64,000 nt of DNA from an uncultured Desulfobacter sp. GTDB taxonomy: Bacteria > Desulfobacterota > Desulfobacteria > Desulfobacterales > Desulfobacteraceae. The notes below the pieces were generated by a model. It worked only from the letters and a program-made list of their open reading frames with translations, made no database searches and was not told the origin of the DNA. How positions within the stretch are numbered: position 1 is the first letter of the stretch; every line of letters starts with the position of its first letter. Shown here in pieces: positions 20,737 through 30,815 of this stretch. The position numbers and the translations under genes are program-made. Location: positions 1,408,001 through 1,472,000 of the forward strand of contig OY762069.1 in assembly GCA_963665095.1 (NCBI GenBank), read 5' to 3'.

Positions 20737-22464
20737 ATGCAGACTTTTAAGCAGACTTTATACGCTTTTTTTCAAAGATTTTTCTTTCTTGATGACCGAC
20801 TGGTACTCATGACCGCAGGGGCCGTGGTCGGTATCTGTGCCGGACTGGCTGCAGTTGCTTTGCGCCTGTCTCTTGCCACGGTTTTAGAATTTTTACAGCC
20901 TTACCGCCAGTATGCATGGGCGTTTATCTTGCCGGGCATAGGCGCGTTGTTCTCCTTTCTGTTTCTTGATAAAATCGTGCGTGAAGGTGCAGGACACGGG
21001 GTACCGGAGGTCATATATGCCGTATCCCGGCGGGGGGGGCTTCTGCGGCTCAGATCCGCATATTCCCGGCTGATCTCCAGTTTTCTGACCATTGCCAGTG
21101 GCGGTTCGGCAGGTCCTGAAGCCCCGGTTGTCATGAGCGGGTCCGCCATCGGATCCAACATTGCCAAGCTTTTAGGACTCAATGACCGGCAGCGCATGAC
21201 CCTTGTTGGTTGCGGCACGGCAGGTGCCATTGCCTCAATTTTCCACGCCCCTGTGGCAGGCCTGATATTTTCTGTGGAGATCATTTTAGGGGAATGGAAA
21301 TTTGTAAATATTATACCTATTACAGTGGCGGCCGTGGCTGGTGCCCAGGTCAGTGAAGCCATTATCCCCAAAAAAGAGCTGTTTCAGCACCATCCCTTCG
21401 ATATTGTGGCAGGGGATATCCCGGCAACCATCGCACTTGCCCTGTTTACTGCCGTGATATCTGTTATCTTCACACGCACCCTGCAAAAGGTCGGATCAGT
21501 GGCCAAAAAGGCCCCTGTGTCCCCCTGGCTTCGCGCGCTCATCGGAGGGTGCACCGTCGGCACCATGGGAATATATATGCCCATGGTATTAGGCGAAGGC
21601 TACCACCCCATCATGGAGATGGTGAACGGCACATTTCCCATGGCATTCTGGCTGATTTTCGCCGGTATTTTTGCCAAGATTTTTGCCACGGCCATGACCC
21701 TTGGCTGGGGCGGGTCCGGCGGCATTTTCGCCCCATGCCTTTTGATCGGCAGCTTGAGCGGAGTCACTTTTTATAAGGCAATGATATTTTTGTTTCCGGA
21801 GGCTGCAGTTGCGTCAGAAGGGGCGTATGCGCTCCTGGGTATGGCCGGCATCATGGCCGGTGTCATGCAGGCACCTTTGAGCAGTATCTTTTTGATTGCT
21901 GAAATTACCGGCGGGTATGAGGCTATCTTGCTTTTATTGCTTGTTTCATCTATCTCATCCACAGTCAGTCATGTGATAGAACCCTCTTCCTTTTACTTTA
22001 AGGACTTGATCGAACGCGGCGAGTTCATGCGTCCCGGAACAGATGCCAGGGTCCTTTCAGAGTTAAGTTTAAGTGAAATTATTGATACGAATTATTCCAC
22101 AGTATCTGAAAATATGGTGTTCAGGGAGTTTATCAACCTGATCCGCAGAACAAAACAGAACTATTACCCGGTGGTATCAGATGATACCGGCGAATACCTT
22201 GGTATGATACGGATATCCAATATCCGCCAATATATACTGGACCCTGCTTTCTACGATATTATTTTCCTCAACCAGATCATGGATACAGATATGATTGTCG
22301 CCTCTTTTGACGATGATCTTTCCGATGTCCTTGAGTCTATGGAAGCCTTTAATGAGAATCACATCCCTGTGGTGGACCATAACCGGTTTTCCGGGATGAT
22401 ATCAAAGGCAGGCGTGCTTGATCTGTACCGGCGGGAACTGATTATGCAGACAAACATACAATGA
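20737..22464 (+). CDS. ClC-family chloride channel/antiporter with CBS pair
   Basis: GHGVP, GSAGPEAP, GGIFAP motifs; C-terminal CBS domains. Confidence 0.92.
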   Translation: MQTFKQTLYAFFQRFFFLDDRLVLMTAGAVVGICAGLAAVALRLSLATVLEFLQPYRQYAWAFILPGIGALFSFLFLDKIVREGAGHGVPEVIYAVSRRGGLLRLRSAYSRLISSFLTIASGGSAGPEAPVVMSGSAIGSNIAKLLGLNDRQRMTLVGCGTAGAIASIFHAPVAGLIFSVEIILGEWKFVNIIPITVAAVAGAQVSEAIIPKKELFQHHPFDIVAGDIPATIALALFTAVISVIFTRTLQKVGSVAKKAPVSPWLRALIGGCTVGTMGIYMPMVLGEGYHPIMEMVNGTFPMAFWLIFAGIFAKIFATAMTLGWGGSGGIFAPCLLIGSLSGVTFYKAMIFLFPEAAVASEGAYALLGMAGIMAGVMQAPLSSIFLIAEITGGYEAILLLLLVSSISSTVSHVIEPSSFYFKDLIERGEFMRPGTDARVLSELSLSEIIDTNYSTVSENMVFREFINLIRRTKQNYYPVVSDDTGEYLGMIRISNIRQYILDPAFYDIIFLNQIMDTDMIVASFDDDLSDVLESMEAFNENHIPVVDHNRFSGMISKAGVLDLYRRELIMQTNIQ

Positions 22465-22539
22465 CACTGGCAGATGACCACAGGTGTATGACATATGCAA
22501 CATATATAACCGCATCACAGGCCTAAAAGGAGATTTTCA

Positions 22540-23373
22540 ATGAATTATAAACTGCTTCACATTTTCAGGAACACTCCCTTTGGCAGGGAAACCTTTCTGC
22601 AGTCTCTTTACTTTTGTAAAACCATTAAGGCCTATCCTGTGGTTTACATACCAAAGACTGACAAGTTTTTAATGTATTTCTCCAATGATGTGGTTCAGGT
22701 GAATCTTGACAGCTCTTTTCTGACCTTCCCGGAAACGGCCGAGCAACATGTCATAGAATTATTTGAACAGGCCCAGATGCCTGTCAGGTTTTATGAACCC
22801 AAAAACTATACCGCCTCAACCCTGCCGGACATCTCTGCACAGTTTGACTACCTGTGTTCTCCACGCTCAGTCAGCGACATGGCTTCCAAAATCGGCCTGG
22901 GCCATCTTGGCCCTAAAGTGCGCAGAATGATTAAGCAGGCGACATTTCCCATTTTGATTCCAAGCCCGGTGTTCAAACCATGGAACAGTATTTCTGTTTT
23001 CTTTGGCGGATCTGTAAATGCCGTGCATGCATTGACTTTAGGGGTAAAAATCTGCATTGCATCCGGTGTGCCATTACACATATACACTCTGATTGAAAAC
23101 GCAGATGAGGACGCCTATCGGAATATGATTGAGGATTTGGAACTTAAGGCCCTGGTGGACCAGTATGCGGAAAATTGGCATTTTTATGACAAATCCGTAA
23201 ATCTGGACCAGATGCTTTATGAAGTGCCCCATGACTCCCTGATTGTTCTTGGTGCCTACGGGCATGGTATGATTAAGGAAATTCTTCTTGGCAGCAAGAT
23301 GGAACATATCCAGTCCACAGTGACCAACAACTTACTGATTACCGGCCCTAACTGCCGGATCACTCTGAAATAG
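22540..23373 (+). CDS. Universal stress protein family
   Basis: C-terminal LIVLGAYGHGMIKEILLGSKMEHI USP motif. Confidence 0.8.
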   Translation: MNYKLLHIFRNTPFGRETFLQSLYFCKTIKAYPVVYIPKTDKFLMYFSNDVVQVNLDSSFLTFPETAEQHVIELFEQAQMPVRFYEPKNYTASTLPDISAQFDYLCSPRSVSDMASKIGLGHLGPKVRRMIKQATFPILIPSPVFKPWNSISVFFGGSVNAVHALTLGVKICIASGVPLHIYTLIENADEDAYRNMIEDLELKALVDQYAENWHFYDKSVNLDQMLYEVPHDSLIVLGAYGHGMIKEILLGSKMEHIQSTVTNNLLITGPNCRITLK

Positions 23374-23484
23374 ATTCCCTGTTGGGAACAAATACAGTTT
23401 TTGGGCTTAAGTTGTCTTCATCTTGACAGCGGTTCTGGAAAAGTTGCATATTTGTATATGCAAAATTCATAACGGAGGTTTTTT

Positions 23485-23925
23485 ATGGACGCCCCCAGGG
23501 ATAATTTTCTAAATGCCTGCCTGTTTTTTAACTGTAATATTTTTTCAAGACTTCTCCAGAAACTGGCTGAAAAGGAATTCAAGGACCTGCCCATGTCCTG
23601 GGCCCATGCCACACTACTGCTCCATGTATATGATTCTCCAGGTGTCAGTCCCAAGGAATTAAGCCTTTGCCTGCATCTTAACCCTTCCACCATTACCCGG
23701 TTTATTGATGCATTGGAAAAAAAGCACCTGGTAATCCGGCAAACCAGCGGAAAATCGGCATTCATCCATCCGTCACCCAGAGGCCTTGCCATTAAAGGCG
23801 ATGTGGCACAGGCGTATAAAAACCTGGTTACCAGTTATACCAGCATTCTTGGCCAGGAAGATGCAGGGAATTTGTCTCTTTTGATCAGTGCTGCCAATGA
23901 AAATGTCAAAAAAGCATTGTCTTAG
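23485..23925 (+). CDS. MarR family transcriptional regulator
   Basis: SPKELSLCLHLNPSTITRFIDALEKKHLV winged HTH. Confidence 0.9.
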   Translation: MDAPRDNFLNACLFFNCNIFSRLLQKLAEKEFKDLPMSWAHATLLLHVYDSPGVSPKELSLCLHLNPSTITRFIDALEKKHLVIRQTSGKSAFIHPSPRGLAIKGDVAQAYKNLVTSYTSILGQEDAGNLSLLISAANENVKKALS

Positions 23926-24105
23926 GCATTGCATAGAAATAAATTATGCAGATTGCGCCGAATTTTTATTCGTATTTAAGGCGGGGCAATGTGCGCATAA
24001 CGAGCTATGTAAGTGTTGCCCCAACGAAAAATACGGATAAAAAGGCAGGCAAGATGTGTGATTTATTTTTGTGCAATGCCTTAGCTTGTCAAATACAGTA
24101 ACCCT

Positions 24106-24870
24106 TTGGATAATCCGATCTTGACTCTTTCTGATAAAAATTTCAGGATAACACTGTCCTACGACGGCACCCGGTTTTCCGGATGGCAACGGCAGACTGA
24201 CCAGCCAACAATTCAGGGAGAGATTGAGCGGGTGTTGTCTATGATGTTAAACCAAAAGATTCAGATCCACGGATCCGGCCGGACTGATGCAGGGGTCCAT
24301 GCCCGGGCTCAGGTGGCCCATTTTCATGCAGCGACCCGGCTGACAGCGGAAACAATTAAAAAAGGGGCCAACAACCTGCTCTCCGTCCCAGTTGTCATCC
24401 ATGACTGCCGCCGGGTGAACCAGGATTTCCATGCCCAGTATCATGCCCGATCCAAGGAGTACCGGTATTATATATTGAACAGGGAAGATCCCTGTTCCAT
24501 CGGGCGTGATTATGTATGGCACGTAAAACCACCCCTGAACATTGAAGCCATGAACCGCTGCAGTGAATTGCTTTTGGGTACCCATGATTTCAAATCCTTT
24601 GAAAATACTGGCAGCCCACGGACCTCCACCATCAGAACCGTTTTCATTGCCAGCTGGTCAAAAATCCCCGATGAGCGACTTCAGTTTACTATCTGTGCCT
24701 CGGGATTCTTAAAAAATATGGTCCGCAACATTGTGGGGACACTGAAAGACGCCGGTACAGGAAAAATTGATGTTCAACTGTTTAAGCATATTCTTGATTC
24801 ATGCCACAGGCCCCTTGCCGGTGCCACAGCACCGGCAAGGGGCCTGTTTCTGCACCAGGTGAACTATTAA
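24106..24870 (+). CDS. truA: tRNA pseudouridine(38-40) synthase
   Basis: YDGTRFSGWQRQ, GSGRTDAGVHA, GFLKNMVRNIVG, APARGLFL; start uncertain. Confidence 0.95.
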   Translation: MDNPILTLSDKNFRITLSYDGTRFSGWQRQTDQPTIQGEIERVLSMMLNQKIQIHGSGRTDAGVHARAQVAHFHAATRLTAETIKKGANNLLSVPVVIHDCRRVNQDFHAQYHARSKEYRYYILNREDPCSIGRDYVWHVKPPLNIEAMNRCSELLLGTHDFKSFENTGSPRTSTIRTVFIASWSKIPDERLQFTICASGFLKNMVRNIVGTLKDAGTGKIDVQLFKHILDSCHRPLAGATAPARGLFLHQVNY

Positions 24871-25158
24871 CCCCCCTATCAAAACAGACTTAAATTGACA
24901 GCCCAAAAAAAACAGGCGTGATCATTGGATTTATGCTTGTTTCAGGTTGAAAAACCAAGCCGGATTAGTATAGGATAGCTCTATGCAAAAAAAATTGAGA
25001 TAAGGAGATGGCTCTCAATCCGGTACTCCTGTCCTCCTGTAAAAACTGTGAATACGAGAAAATCTCAAAATATTTAGAGAGTCATTACCTGAACAATATG
25101 TCCATGATCAGCGATCTCCAGGAACTATGTGAAGACAACTAAATAAGGAGGAAAGAAA

Positions 25159-25650
25159 ATGGTTAGAACGGAAATCTCCCTTTTTTTAAAAAATGAACCG
25201 GGTGAACTTGCAAAACTATCCTCACTTTTATTCAAGGCTGGGATCAATATTGATGCTCTGACCATACAGGATGCGTCCGCCTACGTTCAGGAACTGTTTA
25301 AAGCAAGAGGACGATCCATCAAAAGAATTGCCTCAGTAGCCAATTACAACTCTATTACAATGGACTCGCGAGAAGCTGCACTGATACGCCTTCTTGTGGA
25401 TAATTCAGACAAAGCTATAAGTCTTCTTTCTGAGAACAAATATATATATGATACCATGCCTGTGATTGCCATTGAGCTTGATAACCGTCCGGGAACGCTT
25501 GCAGAGTTTGCGGAAAAATTTGGCAAGGCAGGCATAAACCTGAATTATGTTTATGGTTCCGTTCAATCCCCTGATTCAAAATGCCTTTTTGTTTTTTCAC
25601 CTGACGACATTGATCTGGCTGTGGAGATATTTAAAGAAGAGAAGCCCTGA
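25159..25650 (+). CDS. Tandem ACT-domain protein
   Basis: ISLFLKNEPGEL...GINI and ELDNRPGTLA...GINLNYVY; RBS AGGAGG. Confidence 0.85.
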   Translation: MVRTEISLFLKNEPGELAKLSSLLFKAGINIDALTIQDASAYVQELFKARGRSIKRIASVANYNSITMDSREAALIRLLVDNSDKAISLLSENKYIYDTMPVIAIELDNRPGTLAEFAEKFGKAGINLNYVYGSVQSPDSKCLFVFSPDDIDLAVEIFKEEKP

Positions 25651-25850
25651 TTGCTTCAATCGGCACAATAAATATCATAAAATTACCATTTCTGCACCAG
25701 GCTGAGCTCTTAATTGGGCACATCCCAACTTGCAATATCGATATGTGTATCTTTATTCAACTGGAAAGACCGATAATGTATTATCCTCAGCGTCTGCTCG
25801 GTAGTGTGGAAGAACTTCTATTATTTGGAAGACGTATCACTATGGGAATT

Positions 25851-27641
25851 TTATCCTAAGCTCTGAGATTCCCTGATGCGGGTCACATGCAGGTTGTAAT
25901 AGGATATGATATCACGACGATAAAGCATACCTATAAACTCCCCGGGATCATCTTCGTTTACCACGGGAAGCGCGTCAATGTTCTTTTTGGTTAGTTTGAG
26001 CAGTACAGTATTCAGATCCTCAGACAGGGTGGTGGTGATCATGGTTGAAACCATGATATCTTTCATCACCACCAGTTCTTCCAGTTCACTTGTAAAAAGG
26101 ACTTCACGGACATCAGTGGAAGAAAATATTCCGGAAAATCGGCCCTGGTTATTCATAACCGGGAAATAACGCTGTTTTGTTGTCTGAAAAATTTTTTTAA
26201 ATTCGCTGAATTTCATATCCTGGTTCAGGCATCTGACATCCTTGATCAGATATCGTAGCTTATCTACTTTTATAGTCTGAAGGATATCAATCATGAACTC
26301 ACCGGCATGCAACGGAGAATCTACCCTGGATTTAACCTGATTCTCATAAATAGACCAGCGACCGGCCAGAAGATAGCACACCGAACAGACCAGAAGGCTT
26401 GGCAGCAGCAGATGGTAGGAGTTGGTCATTTCGCTGACAAAAATAATGGTGGATATGGGGGTGTTGGATACCGCCGTAAAAAATCCGGCCATACCAACAA
26501 TGGCAAAAGCACCCGGTTGGGCCACAACAGAAGGCATTAAAATATGAAAAATCTGCCCCACAGCCCCACCCATGGCGCCGCCAATCACAACGGAAGGGCC
26601 GAACACGCCTCCTGATCCACCAGACCCAATTGAAAAAGAGGTGGTGAATATTTTACCTATGGCTAGCGTTATAAGAATCGGGATGGTCAACTGGTTGTTT
26701 ATGGCATCCTGGGCCATGCCGTACCCAAATGCCAGTGTGTAGGGCATAAAGAATCCGATGATTCCGGTTAAAAGACCGCCGATGGCAGGTTTGATATGAT
26801 TGGGAATCTTAATTTTTTTAAATATATTGGTTACGCCGTAAAAGACCTTAACATACAGGATACCTGTGAGTACAAGAACCCCGGCAAGAACAAGATATGG
26901 CCCTAGCTGAAGGGGGTTATGAAACCGAAAAGCCGGAGAATCAAACAAAGATCCCCAACCAAAAATCAGGCAGAAGGTGCAGTAGGCCACAACTGAGGAG
27001 ATGCCGGCCGGGATAATAACCGAGGATTCAAATTCAGGATCCCGATATAACACCTCTGCAGCAAAAAGGGCCCCGGCCAATGGTGCCCTGAAAATACTGC
27101 CGACACCTGCACCAATGCCGGCGGCCATCATGATGCAGCGTTCCCGTTCAGACAGGTTGAATTTCGTGGCCAGAAAAGACCCGAAACCACCGCCGATTTG
27201 GGCAATGGGCCCTTCCCTTCCTCCGGATCCTCCCGTGGTAAGAGTTATAGTGGAGGCAATAGTTTTAATGATGGGAATACGGGACCGGATAATACCGCCC
27301 TTATGGTGAAAGGCGTCTATGGCTGCGTCGGTACCGTGGCCTTCAGCCTCCGGGGCAAACGTGTAGACGATCCACCCGGAAACAAGTCCGCCTGCGGCAG
27401 GCAGGAACAATAATATCCATTTATTAAACGGTGTATCTGTGTGGGGTAACAGCAGATGCTCACCGGCCGGCCCCTCAGGACGGTATCCTGCGATCAGATC
27501 AAGAAAATAGTGCATGCCAAGGCCGCACAGGTAGTGAAACAGTGCGGCCCCAAGCCCTGCCATGATACCGATAAGAACAAAATAAAACACCCATTTGCCG
27601 GCATATTTCAAGTCCACGTCATTTTTTCGGCTGAAAGTCAT
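25851..27641 (-). CDS. ClC-family chloride channel/antiporter with CBS pair
   Basis: GHGTD, GGSGGREGP, GGVFGP; CBS domains. Confidence 0.93.
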   Translation of the reverse strand: MTFSRKNDVDLKYAGKWVFYFVLIGIMAGLGAALFHYLCGLGMHYFLDLIAGYRPEGPAGEHLLLPHTDTPFNKWILLFLPAAGGLVSGWIVYTFAPEAEGHGTDAAIDAFHHKGGIIRSRIPIIKTIASTITLTTGGSGGREGPIAQIGGGFGSFLATKFNLSERERCIMMAAGIGAGVGSIFRAPLAGALFAAEVLYRDPEFESSVIIPAGISSVVAYCTFCLIFGWGSLFDSPAFRFHNPLQLGPYLVLAGVLVLTGILYVKVFYGVTNIFKKIKIPNHIKPAIGGLLTGIIGFFMPYTLAFGYGMAQDAINNQLTIPILITLAIGKIFTTSFSIGSGGSGGVFGPSVVIGGAMGGAVGQIFHILMPSVVAQPGAFAIVGMAGFFTAVSNTPISTIIFVSEMTNSYHLLLPSLLVCSVCYLLAGRWSIYENQVKSRVDSPLHAGEFMIDILQTIKVDKLRYLIKDVRCLNQDMKFSEFKKIFQTTKQRYFPVMNNQGRFSGIFSSTDVREVLFTSELEELVVMKDIMVSTMITTTLSEDLNTVLLKLTKKNIDALPVVNEDDPGEFIGMLYRRDIISYYNLHVTRIRESQSLG

Positions 27642-27826
27642 ATCTCAAGTCCTGAATTAGTGTCCGTCCAGAAATAGTGTATACCGGCCGGGATTATCCT
27701 GCCTGATCTGATATGGTTTGATCTGGCCGGGCAGGATATTTATGTCGGAGGTTAGGTCTTCAGCAAGAGCATCTCAATGCATCCATCAAATTTAAGGCAT
27801 ATCGTTAAAAGCAGAATATTGCCACC

Positions 27827-29143
27827 TTATTTTTTTAAATCCTGAATACCGGACAAGATGATATCAAATAATGGGGCCACATCTTTAAGTTCCAGACAGG
27901 AAAAAGCAATCCGCAAATTTTTGTCCCCGATGGAAATCAAACCGGTCCCGTAATTATCAAGCAGGTGGCATCTAAGCGTTTCTGCATTGACATGTTTAAG
28001 ACGTATGCACATGAAATAACCGGAGTTAAAGGGATAAACATCAAATTCCTGAGCATATTTTGGATCTTTCAGTACCTCTTTAATGGCTGCGGCCCGGTCC
28101 CTGAGCAGGGCAAATTTTTCCTGCTTCAGACGGTCGTAATTAGCATCATCCATAGATCTGAGCAGAATGGTCTGACTCAGATGAGAGCAGTTGGATATGG
28201 TGCCCCTGATGCATCCGCCCGTCTTTTTCTCCAGGGCTTCATATACCTCATCAAGATTGGCATCCGCTGCAATGCCATAGGTGATAAAACCGGTCCTGAA
28301 GCCCCAGACATAGTCCTCCTTGGTGGCCCCGTCAAGTTTTACCGCCAGCAGCCGGGGGTCTTTGCCGGCAATTTTGGCAAACAGGGATTCCTTGGCGGTT
28401 TCCTCATCAAAGAAAAGGCCGAAATATGCGTCATCGCAGGCTGCCACTACATTGGTGCCCTTTGACGCCACATCAATGAGAATGGCTGCCACCCGATCGG
28501 ACTCTTCCTGGCTCAGGGTATATCCGGTGGGGTTATGGGGAAAATTAAGAATAGTTACAATTTTATCGTGTTTGGCTGCCTGCTCCCTGATCACCCGTTC
28601 AAAATCTTCCAGATTAAACCGGGTAAGCGCACCATCATACGACTTGTATTGAGCAATCTGCGCCTGGTTTCGGACACAGAAAATCATATTGTAGTTTCCC
28701 CAGATCATGTCTGGCAGAACAATGACATCGTTGGCATTGACCCACATATCGGACAATACACTGACACCGTGGGTAATACCACAGGTCACCACCGGCAGGC
28801 TGACATCTGTGCCTGTCAGAGAGGGATTTTTACTGTACATCTCCGTATGCCATTTTTTGCGCAGTTCAAGCAGGCCGTAAGACGGCGCATAGGGAAGATA
28901 GTTGTCTGGTTCTATACCGGTGATGTATTTAGTGACAGAAGACAGGCTTAAAACGGAAGGCCCTTCTTTAGCGATGCCTATGGTGGCGTTAATCCTGTCG
29001 GCCTTGACCTTGGCTTCAGCGCTCTGGCTTAAAATGCCTTTGGGAAAAAACAGGGCTTTTCCCATGTCTGACAGCATCTCATAAACATGGGGCGCAGCTT
29101 GTCTAATGATTGAATTCAATTCCTGGGCAATGGGGTTCATCAA
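27827..29143 (-). CDS. Class I/II PLP-dependent aminotransferase
   Basis: NFPHNPTGY, DDAYFG, DGATKEDYVWGFRTG. Confidence 0.9.
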   Translation of the reverse strand: MMNPIAQELNSIIRQAAPHVYEMLSDMGKALFFPKGILSQSAEAKVKADRINATIGIAKEGPSVLSLSSVTKYITGIEPDNYLPYAPSYGLLELRKKWHTEMYSKNPSLTGTDVSLPVVTCGITHGVSVLSDMWVNANDVIVLPDMIWGNYNMIFCVRNQAQIAQYKSYDGALTRFNLEDFERVIREQAAKHDKIVTILNFPHNPTGYTLSQEESDRVAAILIDVASKGTNVVAACDDAYFGLFFDEETAKESLFAKIAGKDPRLLAVKLDGATKEDYVWGFRTGFITYGIAADANLDEVYEALEKKTGGCIRGTISNCSHLSQTILLRSMDDANYDRLKQEKFALLRDRAAAIKEVLKDPKYAQEFDVYPFNSGYFMCIRLKHVNAETLRCHLLDNYGTGLISIGDKNLRIAFSCLELKDVAPLFDIILSGIQDLKK

Positions 29144-29279
29144 TGTTACCTCTCAATGAAAACAGATTCCAAAGGGTAAAAACATCTCTAATCTAAAAAA
29201 AAGAAAACTCTGCGCCAGCCCCCGGATAGATCCAAGGAAAACCACAGAGTTTTTATTTTTACAGACAGGATCTGCTGGT

Positions 29280-29552
29280 TTATCTTCTTTTGGATGCCTT
29301 GATGGGGTTAAGTTTCTGTTTTTTGGTTTCGGTAGCGGTCTTGACGTGGGTGGCAAGGTTACAGGTACCGCTTTTCCATTTCAAGGACGGATCAGGTGCG
29401 GCCGTGCAGAAAACGCCGGATGCAAATTCGCCTGTTCTCTGGCATCCCTTGCACTCATCAATAATGGGAAAGCAGTTGCCCTCGTTATAGCTGCAACCTT
29501 TTGCAGTCATGAACACACACTCCTGACCTTCTCTAATGGTAGTACAAATCAT
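29280..29552 (-). CDS. PxxKW family cysteine-rich protein
   Basis: Cys-rich with PDPSLKW, CNLATH and KLNPIKASKR; start at the second Met. Confidence 0.8.
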   Translation of the reverse strand: MICTTIREGQECVFMTAKGCSYNEGNCFPIIDECKGCQRTGEFASGVFCTAAPDPSLKWKSGTCNLATHVKTATETKKQKLNPIKASKRR

Positions 29553-29831
29553 AATAATCTTCCTGTCTCTTTGTTTTATGGTACATATCAAAATTCATAT
29601 GCTTACGGAAACGCTGTCGACCCTGACTGTTCCCAAAGCCAGTTGACTTATCAGTAATTTCATCCCAAAGGGGAAATTAACCGTAAGCAACTATCATAAA
29701 TTTCCTACATTTGTCAAATAATTATTTATGCGTCTAATTTTTCCCACTACTTGTAGGCGGCTCTTTTCTGATGTATAACATGAATACATCAATATCTTAA
29801 CCTGAAATAATTTCAAAGCAAAGAAAACTAA

Positions 29832-30815
29832 ATGATCATAGACGACGCTGTTCAAGTTCTGAAGATGGAGGCCCAGTCTCTACTTGATCTTATTGATAAA
29901 ATAGACGACGGATTTCAAACCCTGGTGAATGACATCTGCGCTTCAAGCGGACGGGTGATTATTTCCGGAATTGGAAAATCAGGCCTTATTGGAAGGAAAA
30001 TTGCCGCCACACTAAGCAGTACAGGCACCAATGCCATGTTTCTGCATCCGGTTGAAGCGGTTCATGGAGACCTTGGCATGGTCAGCCGTAAAGATGTTTT
30101 TATCGCCATCTCCAACTCTGGAGAGACCGGGGAGCTCAATCAGCTTCTGCCGGTAATTCGTGAGGTGGGATGCCGAATTGCCGGGTTTACAGGAAAACCT
30201 GCCTCCACCATGGCTGGATTCTGCGATGTGGTTATTGATACCGGAGTTGAAAAGGAAGCCTGTCCTTTAAATATGGCGCCTACCTGTTCTACAACAGCCC
30301 AGCTTGCCATGGGTGATGCCCTCGCAGTGGCCCTGATAAAAAAGAAAAATTTTAAAAAAAATGATTTTATACGATCCCATCCCGGCGGGGCTTTGGGACA
30401 ACGTCTCTCCTGCAGAGTAGAGGAGCTGATGCTGGAAAAATCACTTGTCCCGGTTGTGACAGCCGGTGCCACCATGAGACAGGCCCTTGAATGCATGGAT
30501 CACTACCGTTTAGGGGCGGTTATGGTGATGGGGACGCAGGATAGACTTATAGGCATACTGACTGACGGAGACGTTCGGCACTGGCTGGCCAAGGGAGGTA
30601 CGGCAGCGGAATCAGTCCTGGTTGACGAGGTAATGACCAGTTCCCCGAGATATTTATTCCCCCACTCGTTTTTATATGACGCATTGAACCTCATGGAAAA
30701 GCACGAGATTACAGTATTGCCCATATTAGGGGAAAATGAACGCCTGGAAGGCCTTTTACATCTCCATGATATCCTGGGCAAGGGAACATTTAAATATAAT
30801 GGAGGCAGTCAATGA
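29832..30815 (+). CDS. kdsD: Arabinose-5-phosphate isomerase (KpsF/GutQ)
   Basis: GIGKSG, EAVHGDLG, APTCST, HPGGALG, CBS pair. Confidence 0.93.
   Translation: MIIDDAVQVLKMEAQSLLDLIDKIDDGFQTLVNDICASSGRVIISGIGKSGLIGRKIAATLSSTGTNAMFLHPVEAVHGDLGMVSRKDVFIAISNSGETGELNQLLPVIREVGCRIAGFTGKPASTMAGFCDVVIDTGVEKEACPLNMAPTCSTTAQLAMGDALAVALIKKKNFKKNDFIRSHPGGALGQRLSCRVEELMLEKSLVPVVTAGATMRQALECMDHYRLGAVMVMGTQDRLIGILTDGDVRHWLAKGGTAAESVLVDEVMTSSPRYLFPHSFLYDALNLMEKHEITVLPILGENERLEGLLHLHDILGKGTFKYNGGSQ

Noticed and set aside
25008..25142. 44-codon ORF with CxxC upstream of the ACT gene
   Set aside because: AGGAG abuts the ATG with no spacing and the product has no recognisable similarity; unsupported.
27642..27826. 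Possible fluoride riboswitch upstream of the ClC gene
   Set aside because: Only weak fragments (GGCAAT..., GCTGAAGAC) with no pseudoknot pairing, and the ClC has GREGP rather than the fluoride-exporter signature. The hairpin at about 27695-27738 is more simply a terminator-like stem.
29600..29689. Hammerhead ribozyme reading of the three-way junction (CTGATAA)
   Set aside because: The required CUGANGA and GAAA core nucleotides are not present.
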